A stretch of DNA of 64,000 nt, from positions 1 to 64,000 of the forward strand of contig OW569358.1 of NCBI GenBank assembly GCA_937625935.1, read 5' to 3'. Numbering within the stretch: position 1 is the stretch's first letter; every line of letters begins with the position of its first letter. A model generated the notes under the pieces. It saw only the letters and a program-made list of their open reading frames with translations. It was not told the origin of the DNA and made no database searches. Position numbers and translations under genes: made by a program. Origin of the DNA: Tetramitus jugosus. Its lineage: Eukaryota; Protista; Heterolobosea. Below, piece after piece: positions 19,407-30,196 of the stretch.

Positions 19407-19907
19407 TTATTCTACAGCCAAATCCTCTTCATGCCAAGGAACACCTGCAATAATAGAGAATGCAGCAAAGGTAAAGAAGTCAAACGACACCATTCTGATC
19501 TGTCCCTCCTGGTACATAATAATAGGGTAGAAAATGTACTTCAAGAAGAACAAGTCACTCAACGCATTTCCAAAGCAGTACAATGGAATAAAGCAGCAAT
19601 ACCACAGCACGTCTTCTTTGCCCTTGATTTTGTACATGACAGGATCAGATGGGTCATACTGTTCCTTCAAAGAAATGGCCTTTCTACCATAGCATCCACA
19701 CCAGAACCATGACTGCAAATCATATTGCTCGCCAAAGAACCAATACAGAACGCCAAACAATGGCAGGGTCAATCCAAAGAAAATACCGAGGAAAACCTCG
19801 ATCGCTGCAGCAAAGACATTCAATCCAGGGATCAATCCCATGTAATCGATTGTGTACGCAACAATGCGCAAAAATTTAGGGTACCAAAGAGGAGCTAGTC
19901 TTGTCAT
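19407..19907 (-). CDS. Hypothetical membrane protein
   Basis: 166-aa ATG-initiated ORF with hydrophobic segments and Cys-rich juxtamembrane patches. Confidence 0.6.
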   Translation of the reverse strand: MTRLAPLWYPKFLRIVAYTIDYMGLIPGLNVFAAAIEVFLGIFFGLTLPLFGVLYWFFGEQYDLQSWFWCGCYGRKAISLKEQYDPSDPVMYKIKGKEDVLWYCCFIPLYCFGNALSDLFFLKYIFYPIIMYQEGQIRMVSFDFFTFAAFSIIAGVPWHEEDLAVE

Positions 19908-20250
19908 TCTGTTGATTTCTTTTACTTCTTATTTTGCAATTTGTCACAAAGTGTTGTCAAAATCACGATCAAGAAAGTAACTTGTGACACTCAACTCCGC
20001 ATATGATGGTTCCATTTTCCAAGTTCCTTGAGCTCATTGAACTTGATTGCGCCGGTGTCAATCACATGTCACCTTTTCTTTCAAATTCTCCTCCCAAACT
20101 AAAACGGACACCAGTCACCAAAACTCCCTCATCTCTTTTCGATCCTATCCTCTACCATCACAATACTCCAAAAGTCAACACACTACCACCTCTGTCACAA
20201 ACAACCACCCACTCACAAACGAACAAAAGAACAAAAAAAAAAGAAAAAAA

Positions 20251-22443
20251 ATGTTTTGTTACACGAGGCCCGCCTCCGACAAGAGCATCTATGACACTTC
20301 ATTTCTTCAATCTTCAACATCCTCTGCACCTACTTCTCCCCATTCGATTCACCGAAAGAGCATGGAATTTGTTGCACCACTACCACCACCACTAGTAGCC
20401 AACAACAATCATCAATTCACTTCACAAGTCAAAAACAATCAAATGAACACGTTGCAGCGCGGTCATTCCTTTTCCTCTCTCATTACTTCTTCTGCTTCTT
20501 CTTCCGCTCACAATAACAATAGTAATCATCATCCACAACAGATAAATCTAGTGATTGATGTGTATGCTTCATATACTCCACCCAACTCTACTGCTCTAAA
20601 GGATTGTTTTGATGCGGATTATGATCCATCGAATCCTACCAATAACAATATCAATAATAACAATAGTAATGGAACGAATCAACAACAACAATTATCATCG
20701 AGAAGAGGATTGTATGAGAATACGAGTCCAAGGGGCAGAGCCAACAAACCAGTCAACAATGAATTTACTCTTCCTCTCACTCAACAACAACAACAACAGA
20801 AACAACAACAACAACACACAAACACAAGTACGAACACCAACAACAATTATAATAATGATCAACAACAAAATAAGAAATCAAAGGAAGACCAACCAGTGAA
20901 AACAACCAACCCTGTTGCGAACAACAACAACAATGATACCACCAGTACTACGACTGCACCACCTCCACCTACAAATACAACTACAACTACTAATGACACT
21001 ACTACAACTAACACTTCTAATAAACCAACAATGACGATACGATTCATCAAGAGAGAAACCATTCCCAACAACAACAGTAACAATAACAACAATAATAACA
21101 ATAACACTAATGATCTATATAAACAAAGGAGAAATGGCATATCAGAACTATCTCAACGCACAGGTAAAAAACCGAGAACTACATCGATTAGTATCGCATC
21201 GGCACATGCTGCTCAATTGGCTCTCATGAACGGTAGTAAGCTCATTGAACGAACAATTCGAATTTATTTGCAGCACAGTCATCGAACAGTAGAGTTGAAC
21301 ATTACGGGTCAAACAAAGGCAATTGATGTCATTAAAAAAGTCATTAGTAGTAGTGGTAGTACTACTAGTAGTAGTAACACGAGTGGTAGTGTGAGTAACA
21401 ATAACGGTCATTTGAACGATCAGAAACAACAACAGTTGCAACAGCAGCAACAACAATATGCACAACAAATGCATCAATTCTATATGCTGTACGTGTCTTG
21501 TGCAAGTCGAAAAATTCCCACAGTGGACACTACGTATCCTCCTATTGAATCAGCGACTCTGTTGTTGAATCTCGGTGTTTCTGATTTTATTATTGTTCCC
21601 AAGAGATCGAGCATGGCAGCCAAAGCCATCTCTTCATCGTCTTCTACTACGGTTCAATTGTTGCAAAACAGGAGTAGAGGCACAACGATGGAAGATGTGA
21701 TGCTTCACGTGTATAGAGGCAATGCAACGAGTTATGTCATGCTAGATAAGCCATTGTTGGTGCCTGTTGCGCCTGATTTGTTGCTCAGGGATCTTACAAA
21801 GGTGTTGGCGAATCGATTCGATGTCGATGAGAAAAAATTTGCAATTTACATGATGATCGAGGGTAAGCAGAGAGCCATTCCAAAGCACTATCGCGACAGG
21901 ACACTGAGAAGTTTGCCTGATGTGAACTCTGTGGCATTTATTCGAATCGAGGATGAACCGGCAACGTCTCCTACGTATCCCGGAAGAAGTCCAACACCTC
22001 AACTGTCGGCCGAAGAGGAAGGCAACGAACTTGTTTTGCCTTTTGAGTTGGACGCGTTCACCTATCAGGAATTTAGAGTCATCAAGACAAACAAGTTTGG
22101 TTCGAGACAGGAGAGAAGATTAGGCATCGACTCTCAAAAGATTTTTAACATGAAACCAACGTCGATTACGCACTTCTTGGGTCTGACATCACAAAAGACC
22201 AAGCATCCCGAGCGCCCTCTCGAAACTCTGGCCAATGTGACAGCCAATCCAGAGAATACCAAGGCGTTTACTCTATCTTTCACTGATGGTGAAGTGTTGA
22301 GTTATGAGACGAAAACAACAGTGGAAGCCATCGAGATTGTGAAACGACTAAAGTTCTTAATGAGAGTGAAACGACAGGAGCAAGCTGATAGTCTCCTCCG
22401 ACGAAGGAGTATCAGTATCATGGCTCTCAACAAGTCAAAGTAA
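20251..22443 (+). CDS. N/Q/T-rich protein with ubiquitin-like (RA-type) segments and a C-terminal Sin1-type PH domain
   Basis: C-terminal YQEFRVIKTNKFGSRQERRLGID...YET....A.EIV.RL resembles the SIN1/RipA PH domain. First ATG is at 20251. Confidence 0.6.
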   Translation: MFCYTRPASDKSIYDTSFLQSSTSSAPTSPHSIHRKSMEFVAPLPPPLVANNNHQFTSQVKNNQMNTLQRGHSFSSLITSSASSSAHNNNSNHHPQQINLVIDVYASYTPPNSTALKDCFDADYDPSNPTNNNINNNNSNGTNQQQQLSSRRGLYENTSPRGRANKPVNNEFTLPLTQQQQQQKQQQQHTNTSTNTNNNYNNDQQQNKKSKEDQPVKTTNPVANNNNNDTTSTTTAPPPPTNTTTTTNDTTTTNTSNKPTMTIRFIKRETIPNNNSNNNNNNNNNTNDLYKQRRNGISELSQRTGKKPRTTSISIASAHAAQLALMNGSKLIERTIRIYLQHSHRTVELNITGQTKAIDVIKKVISSSGSTTSSSNTSGSVSNNNGHLNDQKQQQLQQQQQQYAQQMHQFYMLYVSCASRKIPTVDTTYPPIESATLLLNLGVSDFIIVPKRSSMAAKAISSSSSTTVQLLQNRSRGTTMEDVMLHVYRGNATSYVMLDKPLLVPVAPDLLLRDLTKVLANRFDVDEKKFAIYMMIEGKQRAIPKHYRDRTLRSLPDVNSVAFIRIEDEPATSPTYPGRSPTPQLSAEEEGNELVLPFELDAFTYQEFRVIKTNKFGSRQERRLGIDSQKIFNMKPTSITHFLGLTSQKTKHPERPLETLANVTANPENTKAFTLSFTDGEVLSYETKTTVEAIEIVKRLKFLMRVKRQEQADSLLRRRSISIMALNKSK

Positions 22444-22611
22444 TGACACGAGAAAAGCCTGAGTCGCAACAAAACTGTTGTACAAGGTTTCTAGGATTCT
22501 TTTTGTAATTTATTTGGCCAATTTGGGTGTTTGTGTTTTGTAATACGTAAAATGATACAATAAACATAGTCTGTAACGACAATAATAAGTGAATAAGGTA
22601 CTTTGCGCGAT

Positions 22612-23787
22612 TTACATATGGAACTCTAATTGGGCGATTGGGTTGGTCTTTGGATTCGATGTATAGACAGTGAGTTTTCTGCCCATCAAATCATAGATTG
22701 CTGTGGCAACAGTTTTCACTCCTTCATCTGGTGGGTTACCTTCTCTGTAGATTGGATATTGTTTGTCCTCGGTGTCTCCCAGGATACGGTAGATATCTTG
22801 CTCGCTCGTCACAGGCACCAATTGGTTATAGCGTGCTGCTCTGTGAACAGAGCTAGGATCATAGTGTTCTGGCACGCGCAAGTGATCATATTGGTTAAAG
22901 TGACCATAGTATGATTGAACTTGCTTGATAGACATATTGCCTGGTGCCACTTCAACATTGAACACATCGGTCAGATTGTTCAACGAGACAACATTGAGAG
23001 CAAATCCAGTGATCAACTCTGGCAACACTTGCTTAACCATCTCTTGTGCTTCCATTGTTGTTCTTGCAGAGTAGAAATGTCTGTTGAGGAACGATCGAGC
23101 AATTCCCTTCTCTTGAACAGCCTTTGGGAATTCGGCATTGGTTGTGATGACGAGACCATGGCTATTGAAACCAAATGTATTACCAGGCAAGTAACCAGGA
23201 TAACAGTAGGCAGTAAAGCGATAAGTTGGATACTGTATCTCAATCATGTACGCATAGTCCTTAATGTCTGCATCGGCATCTTCATTGTGACCGAGAGCAG
23301 CCTTCTGTTTCTTGGCATCCAACAGGAAAATATCAGAGCAATTGGTGTCCGTTTGACGTGCTTCTTCCTTGTCCTGATCAATCAAAGCATCAATCTCCGA
23401 GGAAAAGTTCAACAACAGGATATAGAGCAATGGCATTCCTGAGCCCTCACTCAACCCTTGCAACTCTTCGAAATAGGCGGGGAATTGGTTGCGGTTGGCC
23501 ATTACAAAACCAAACATGATGTCTCTATTCTTTTGTGATTCATTGTACCATGGAATCAACCTGTCATTGAGTGCACTAGACTGCTTTGCATACTCGCGAA
23601 TACGCTCTGAGAAATGAGAGCCAATCGCATGAAAAACAGCATGAGGAGAAGTGGCGTTGACAGAGGATGGAACTTTGAAGAAGGGCAGAGCTACAGGGTC
23701 ATCTCTGGACTTGGCAGACAAACAACCAGTGCATACGAGCAGTAAAAGCACAAACACTGAAAACAACACGCAGAACAAGGATTTCAT
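22612..23787 (-). CDS. Peptidase C45 / Ntn-hydrolase (AAT/tan-like), secreted
   Basis: Signal peptide, EELQGLSEG, N-CSD nucleophile site, GHNED, FGFNSHG, HFN.Y. Confidence 0.88.
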   Translation of the reverse strand: MKSLFCVLFSVFVLLLLVCTGCLSAKSRDDPVALPFFKVPSSVNATSPHAVFHAIGSHFSERIREYAKQSSALNDRLIPWYNESQKNRDIMFGFVMANRNQFPAYFEELQGLSEGSGMPLLYILLLNFSSEIDALIDQDKEEARQTDTNCSDIFLLDAKKQKAALGHNEDADADIKDYAYMIEIQYPTYRFTAYCYPGYLPGNTFGFNSHGLVITTNAEFPKAVQEKGIARSFLNRHFYSARTTMEAQEMVKQVLPELITGFALNVVSLNNLTDVFNVEVAPGNMSIKQVQSYYGHFNQYDHLRVPEHYDPSSVHRAARYNQLVPVTSEQDIYRILGDTEDKQYPIYREGNPPDEGVKTVATAIYDLMGRKLTVYTSNPKTNPIAQLEFHM

Positions 23788-23902
23788 TTTTTTGTGGTTG
23801 TCGGTATAAAATTGTTCGCGCTGTTAAATTCGGAGTAACTTGTCCAGTAAGGAATGGAGGGGTTTTGACCAAGCTTGGACGGCACTTGCTGCCCTTGAGG
23901 TT

Positions 23903-25003
23903 CTAGAGGTCTGATTCATTCGGTACCATAGAAGGGCTGGCTACTCCTCCTTGATCTTGCGCAGTATTTGCAATGTTCTCTGCAGAGAGGAAGAACTCAT
24001 TGAACGACAATCCAATGCCATACTGCGCCAGATGATACAGACCCATTATCAACGGATGACGCACAGCTGCAGGTAGAGGTGTGACGAACATGTTAATTGC
24101 AATGGTTGAATCACTGACAACGAACATGACGGCAGATATCACTCTCAAATGCTGATAGAACAGTTCTCCGTAAGTGGATGAGTATTGACTATCATAGGTC
24201 TGACCATACTTCATCACCATTCTCTTCCTCTGAGTCTGTGCCAACTTCCACAGGAAGATTGCACTTACTAACATGTACACAACCAAACCTGCTAGAATGG
24301 CAGACTTCTCATGCAACACCAACATGACAAACATGGCCAAGACGAAAAGCAGCACTACAATCATCCACAACCACCCATAGATAACATCGAGGTGGAAGTT
24401 ACAGAAGCAACCGAACGGTCCACGAGACTCTTTCTGCCGGCATGACACAGAATAAGTGACAACATAGCACAAGTGTCCTATCAAAAATGAAAAGACACCC
24501 AGTCCGAAGAACACCAATTTCAAATCTTTCGCTGTCTTTGGATCAGATATGACAGAGTCCATGTCGAGAAAGATATCACCCAATGAACCAATAAACAAAC
24601 CAAGCATCTGGAACGCAAATGCCACATAAATGTAAAGAAATTGTGATAGTCTAGAAGCCAGAATATGCCTGTAATTCAATGTGAACTGAACCAGATTACA
24701 TGCCACGACAATTATTGTGCAGTAGTTGGGGATGGGTTTCAAAATGAAGGTCGACCATGTTGAACTAGGTCGAAAAACCAGTAAAGATATGTTACTGATA
24801 CCAGTCGACAACATTACTGCATGGGCAACCACTTGAACAATCCAATAGACAGTGGTACGCATGGTGCTAGGAGAGGACTTGTGAATTCCACCAATGTAGT
24901 GGCTAGCATCATCAGAAAAGGAACCAAATTGATTCTGCTCCTGTTGGTGCTGAGCACTGAGAACAGGCACGGTTTCACTCGTTGAAAAATCGTTGTTCAT
25001 CAT
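23903..25003 (-). CDS. YhhN/TMEM86 lysoplasmalogenase-like membrane protein
   Basis: LKPIP, GDIFL, GVFSFLIGHLCY, FVVSDSTIA, YHLAQY. Confidence 0.88.
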   Translation of the reverse strand: MMNNDFSTSETVPVLSAQHQQEQNQFGSFSDDASHYIGGIHKSSPSTMRTTVYWIVQVVAHAVMLSTGISNISLLVFRPSSTWSTFILKPIPNYCTIIVVACNLVQFTLNYRHILASRLSQFLYIYVAFAFQMLGLFIGSLGDIFLDMDSVISDPKTAKDLKLVFFGLGVFSFLIGHLCYVVTYSVSCRQKESRGPFGCFCNFHLDVIYGWLWMIVVLLFVLAMFVMLVLHEKSAILAGLVVYMLVSAIFLWKLAQTQRKRMVMKYGQTYDSQYSSTYGELFYQHLRVISAVMFVVSDSTIAINMFVTPLPAAVRHPLIMGLYHLAQYGIGLSFNEFFLSAENIANTAQDQGGVASPSMVPNESDL

Positions 25004-25198
25004 ACTCTGAGGATCTTGTTGTTGTTCTGTTTGTGAATTTTCTCAAGTGGAATTCGGGGTGCGAAGTGACATCGAGACATTGGGGTGCATTCGAATGTTT
25101 GTGACATTTTTTGACAACAGACCAGGTGGGAAAAGAATTCATTTCAGAGATAGCGAGTTCACTTAGTTGATAAAATAATAAACTGATCACGTATTTTA

Positions 25199-26368
25199 CT
25201 AAAACAAGCGAATCCGTTTGTTCGAATCTGGTGCCAATAATTGAGAAACAACAACAACACCATTGTCACTCGGCTGTTCATCGTCCATCATCATCATCAT
25301 GGAGGTGGCAGAGTACTTTCGTTTGCATTTCTTTTGTTGAATTGCAGAAGGATTCGAAGACATCATCATACAACAGTTTGTGTAATCACCCTGCAAATGT
25401 TGCTGCTGTTGGTTCTGTTGTTGTACAGTTTGGGAAGGCTTTAATAAATTATTCATTGGAGTATGATATTGATATTGAACACTATTGTTCATGCTGATGG
25501 TGGTGCTTGTGTTTACGACCTGCACATTTTCCTTGTTATTATTATTGTTATTGTTACTGTTTGCTTGTGACAATTGATTGGACACAGAAGAAGAAAGAGA
25601 TGATGTTGATGATGGTGGTGGAAACGAAATTTTGATCATGTCACAACAATTATTACGCATTATTGGTTCCACTCTCAACGACATCATGATTGAATTTTGT
25701 TGTTGACTCAAGTATTGAATGACTTGTTGTGGGGCAACAGGTATACAAAATGTGCAAAATTGTCGAAACCAATACACTAACATGAATTTTTGAAGAGGTA
25801 ATATCGTACCATTATTCAATAGTACATCTCTTCTACTACTATTACTATCGTTGTTATTATTGTTATTATTGTTATTGTTACTTGAAAATGTATTATTGAT
25901 CAATCCATTTTCTACTAGTTTAGATTTGATGGACTTTAGAATGGTCAAGTACGAAAATTTTCTCAAGAGTTTCACTGTAGCTTGCATTTGATTTTTCATT
26001 TGTTCTAATTCTACCTGTAAGCTCTCCGTACTGGGTACCCATTCTTCCCATTTTCTAAAATTGTATTCTATCGTTGAGCTATTGTTGTTGTCATGGTTGT
26101 TGTTGTTGTTGATACATATGAGCTCATTACGTATCAATTGATCCATCATGATGTACACATCATTTGATGGTTGAGCTTTCAGTAGACACAGATTCGATAT
26201 GGAGTGGTACAGAGTTTGGGCGGGAAGAATTGTAGTGGCCATCGGAGAATTTTTGGAGCCAAAAGTTTGAGTCATGTAGGAGAATACTTGATGGAGCATG
26301 GGTGTTAGAAGTGATGGATGGTGTTGTTGAATGGTCTCAATCGTTTGCAGTGCTTGAATTTGAATCAT
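25199..26368 (-). CDS. Hypothetical low-complexity (poly-N/Q/S) protein
   Basis: 389-aa ATG ORF with the host-like N/Q runs and no recognised domain. Confidence 0.6.
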   Translation of the reverse strand: MIQIQALQTIETIQQHHPSLLTPMLHQVFSYMTQTFGSKNSPMATTILPAQTLYHSISNLCLLKAQPSNDVYIMMDQLIRNELICINNNNNHDNNNSSTIEYNFRKWEEWVPSTESLQVELEQMKNQMQATVKLLRKFSYLTILKSIKSKLVENGLINNTFSSNNNNNNNNNNDSNSSRRDVLLNNGTILPLQKFMLVYWFRQFCTFCIPVAPQQVIQYLSQQQNSIMMSLRVEPIMRNNCCDMIKISFPPPSSTSSLSSSVSNQLSQANSNNNNNNNKENVQVVNTSTTISMNNSVQYQYHTPMNNLLKPSQTVQQQNQQQQHLQGDYTNCCMMMSSNPSAIQQKKCKRKYSATSMMMMMDDEQPSDNGVVVVSQLLAPDSNKRIRLF

Positions 26369-26479
26369 TGTTATTGCTATTTGTCTCGTTTCTCGCCAAG
26401 TTGTTTGAGCTTTTTATTCGGGAAGATGGGGAGATTATTTTACATCGAGAAAAAAATGGAACAACCAAGGACAAAATGT

Positions 26480-28030
26480 TCACAAGCGCCACCAGATGAT
26501 CAGATTATTTCTCACTCCAGAGGTCAGAGGTCTGGCACCATGACTATGACTGCCCAAGTGGATCAAAGCTCTGCCTGGGATAGAAGGAATGTCACAATAT
26601 CGGTCCACTTGAGATGACGAGTCTGAAGGTTCCTTGAAATAAACCTCTCCACCGGTAAACTCCTGACCCAGTGACAGATTGAGGGTGATTGTTGATGAAT
26701 CAACATGTTCATCTAGATCGATATCTTCACCCAACGCATATCGAACAATAAAGGCATGGAAGTCTTTCTTCTTTGCTGTGTCATAGTTAGTAAATAGGTG
26801 AGGATACACCTGCTTAGAGATAGGAAGCATGACCTTGTTGATGATATCTGAGATAGAAACCTCAATGCCCAATTGTTCCAGAACAATTCCATAATTATTC
26901 ATTGAATTCGGTCTCTGTACCTCTCGGCCACTCTGTTCATAATTGCTGACCTCATCCAACAATATTGAGCAGAATTGATCGACTTTAGCCATTGGAAACG
27001 AATAAACTTCATCTGTTTCCTTTGTTAATAGCTCATCAAACTCATTAGCTTTGATGGCATTCAACAATTTAGCATCTAGGAAGGATTCTTCTAGGCTGAG
27101 AAGTTCTTGATGCTTTGGGACATAATAATTGGTACTAGTTTGCTTTTCCCTTTCAATCTTTCGCTGGGCTGCCCTTTCAGCTTGCTTTCTTCGAATGTCT
27201 TTTGTTATTCTCTTCTTCTCGTCGTTTGATATTCCATCTTCTTTGATGGTAGCTGGATCAGCTCTCAGTTGCAGCTTATAAAAATAATCTACTACTGCTT
27301 CACTTCTGGATGCGTGATTGTGCAAGACTGAGAGTTGATATGGAGTGTTTCCATCGAGATCTTGCTCTAAAATATCATGTGCAATTGATTCGTCTCCATA
27401 CTGATCCAAGAACAGCATGACAACCCTTGCACTATCTACTGCACCTTGTTCGGCGCAATAGTGCATGAGTGATCTTCCTCCAGTGGAATAGATGGGCATC
27501 ATATTCACACCGCTCAGATAGGACACTGTATCAATATTCTTCTGAGAGATGCATGACAAATTTGATTGAATTTGTAGTTCTCGATTGAAATTGGGCAAAT
27601 CTGAATACTCTTCCAACATGTCAAACAACAGTAGTTGAATCATCTCTGAGTGATCTTCGTTGCATGCATAGTGCAGAGCAGTGTACATGTTTCGATCAGG
27701 CTGACTCAAATCCACAAAGCTCAGCCTCAACACTTCCAAATAGTGACGTATCAACCATTTTGCAACGTCTATATTGCCCAGTATACAACAAATGTGAAGA
27801 GCTGTATATCCTTTGTGATCAGTGAGGGATGGATTGAACTCTGATCGAATATCAGGACTCATACGATCAAACAGAGACTTGAATTCATCTGCAGATCGAC
27901 TATGATACAGAATATCAAAGTATTCGTCAACCCATTTTTTCTTATGGTCTGGAACCATTGTTGGTGCTTCTTCTCGAGTTCTCACAGGTCCAGATCCAGA
28001 CTGGCAACTATTGTTCATTTCTTGGTTCAT
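26480..28030 (-). CDS. Ankyrin repeats + 2OG-Fe(II) oxygenase (OGFOD2-like)
   Basis: Ankyrins GYTALH, YTALHYAC and GNTP. Oxygenase motifs RPNSMNNYG, HVD..TLNLSLG..FTGG, H.HGARPL..G.R.NLIIW. Confidence 0.87.
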   Translation of the reverse strand: MNQEMNNSCQSGSGPVRTREEAPTMVPDHKKKWVDEYFDILYHSRSADEFKSLFDRMSPDIRSEFNPSLTDHKGYTALHICCILGNIDVAKWLIRHYLEVLRLSFVDLSQPDRNMYTALHYACNEDHSEMIQLLLFDMLEEYSDLPNFNRELQIQSNLSCISQKNIDTVSYLSGVNMMPIYSTGGRSLMHYCAEQGAVDSARVVMLFLDQYGDESIAHDILEQDLDGNTPYQLSVLHNHASRSEAVVDYFYKLQLRADPATIKEDGISNDEKKRITKDIRRKQAERAAQRKIEREKQTSTNYYVPKHQELLSLEESFLDAKLLNAIKANEFDELLTKETDEVYSFPMAKVDQFCSILLDEVSNYEQSGREVQRPNSMNNYGIVLEQLGIEVSISDIINKVMLPISKQVYPHLFTNYDTAKKKDFHAFIVRYALGEDIDLDEHVDSSTITLNLSLGQEFTGGEVYFKEPSDSSSQVDRYCDIPSIPGRALIHLGSHSHGARPLTSGVRNNLIIWWRL

Positions 28031-28787
28031 TGTTGATTGATCAACTGTTTCTATTGGTTTTCTTCTTCTTTTTTACCATTTGTTCACACCAGGAACTAAA
28101 GCAGTCTTTATGACAAGACTAAAGACATTGCCCGTCGGACAAATTTCTTGATTGATTCATGGTCTTGAAATAAATGTCCAGTGGGTATGAACAAGACATT
28201 TGTAGTATGATGATAAAGACCGAATACTTGGTATATGGGCCATTTTGAACCTCGGTGGAGATAACTCTCTTATTGTTTAGTTCGTCAAATACTGAGACCT
28301 TTCATTCTTTCCCCGAGTTCGGCAAAGCAAATCCTGAAAAAGTCTATTGATGGGATCTACGAGGACTAACAAATATTTGACACGAGAATGCAAGTATAAA
28401 GATAATATCTCTGGGAGTGATTTAGGAGAAGGTTTTGTCTATTTGCATGGCACAAATACGGTACCAAAAGACTGCGTAGGAGAAGCTGAAGTTGTTCGCT
28501 CAACTAAATGTTCATCCAGGAGCGAAGTGCTCGAGAAGTTGCGCATTCAAGGATGAACCCTGCGACGAGCGATACTCCTTTTTTCTGGAAGAAGAAGATA
28601 CACTGTATTCCCACTAGCAAATAAAGAAGGATTAGTAATCTCATAGTTTGTGCTGAGAATACCTTCACGTTGAGTTAGCTCTACCATCCATTGTCAAGTA
28701 AATGGAGGGTAGACTCGCTTCGAGCTTGGTAGTAATTACCACAAAAAAATAAATAGGTGTGTTGTATTGTTTCTTTCTGCATGTAGT

Positions 28788-29801
28788 TTACAAAAGCGCA
28801 GTCAACAAATCATCAACAAAGAACTGCGTAGGTGAGAATTCAACAAATCTGTTGACTTCTCTTCCGTCTTTCCGAACAATAAAAGTAGGCACGCGCTTCA
28901 CATTCATTGCCTGAGCCCAACCTTTTCCATCATCCTTTTGCTTTGACAAAGCAATCATCTTGAGTTGAATATTTTCGTTATTCGCTTCCTTGAGTGCCTT
29001 AATCACGGGAGGAACACTGCCACGTGCCATTGGACACCACGTGGACAAAAACAAGACAATTTCCACTGGTTGACTCACTCGTTTCAATTTTTCAATTTGT
29101 TCGCGCTTATCAGCCAAATCAATACTCTGGTAAGTTAATTTCCACGGTGGAAACTCCAACAGTAAACGTTCAAATGAACCAACATCGCCAATCAACTGGC
29201 CATCAGATGTTCTCTTTTGTTCAATGGTTTCATCATCAAAATAATAGCCATTATTGTTCTTTGGTTTCACAATTGCTTTTTCTTCATCTCTATTCCTTGT
29301 TTTGTCCTCTTCTTCTTCTTCTGCTCCTTTCTGTTCTGCATGAGCTTTTTCTTCTCCTTTTTCATCTTCTTGTGCTTTGATCATTTGATCTTTCTGCTCA
29401 CCATGTCTCTCGTTTGCTTCTTCATTCGCAACATCATGATTGATAATTGGTTTCCTCTTGTTCTTCTTCTCCTCCTCCTCATGATCCTCATCATCATCAT
29501 CATTATTCTTAATCTTATCTGCAATTACAACAACATCCTTTTTCGTTCCTACAATGACCGTAAATGGCTTGTTTTTCTCTTGTGGCATCACAATGACATC
29601 AACATTCGTTGTGGTCTCTACAATCGAAGATGAAGAAGAAGAAGAAGGAGATGGTGTGTTGCGAATCGTGTTCAACATGAAAATGACACAACCAATGACA
29701 AGGCAACTGAGCATCAGGTATTGCAAGAGTCTCGGTTGAGATAGTTTTCTGTTTGAGTGATGAATGGAAGGAGCTTTTGTCATGGGTAATAAATGAGTCA
29801 T
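28788..29801 (-). CDS. Type II membrane protein with C-terminal monothiol thioredoxin-like domain
   Basis: TM segment (LLQYLMLSCLVIGCVIFML), charged linker, then FLSTWCPMA, VKRVPTFIV..DG.EV.RFVE. Confidence 0.75.
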   Translation of the reverse strand: MTHLLPMTKAPSIHHSNRKLSQPRLLQYLMLSCLVIGCVIFMLNTIRNTPSPSSSSSSSIVETTTNVDVIVMPQEKNKPFTVIVGTKKDVVVIADKIKNNDDDDEDHEEEEKKNKRKPIINHDVANEEANERHGEQKDQMIKAQEDEKGEEKAHAEQKGAEEEEEDKTRNRDEEKAIVKPKNNNGYYFDDETIEQKRTSDGQLIGDVGSFERLLLEFPPWKLTYQSIDLADKREQIEKLKRVSQPVEIVLFLSTWCPMARGSVPPVIKALKEANNENIQLKMIALSKQKDDGKGWAQAMNVKRVPTFIVRKDGREVNRFVEFSPTQFFVDDLLTALL

Positions 29802-30196
29802 GATGATTGATAATAATAATTGGTGATTGATGGGTGTTGGTTGGTTTTTCGTTTGTTTTGTTTTGATGGACTTTTTAGGTGCTTGAGCTATCAGAAGATT
29901 GCGCGACCAGATGTGTTGCGGAGATGAGCAGATGAATGGAGGAAACTGAGAGATGGTCCCTCGCTGGTGGTCACTCACCGTTGAGCATGGGGAATGTCTG
30001 AGGGATCCTAGGAACTGAAAATGACCGTTCAGCCGTGTCAGCTCTAACATGACCGGAAATTGTTGTGATACAACATTGTCCTCTCACATTTATTGTTGAA
30101 GCTTCTACTCTCAACGAAAGTGCTAGCCGCATCAAAACTGGTTTCGTTGAAATATAATCGTGTTGGAATATTGAACTACATCTTTTGTAGACCACC

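Noticed and set aside
20600-21460. AAC/CAA microsatellite-like tracts (also 25500-26110, 34500, 49430, 59456)
   Set aside because: These are ordinary poly-N/Q/T coding or leader low complexity typical of such amoebae.
28080-28720. Intergenic stretches with short ORFs (also 31651-31990, 32890-33330, 58714-59380)
   Set aside because: May be gene relics, but no family could be recognised.
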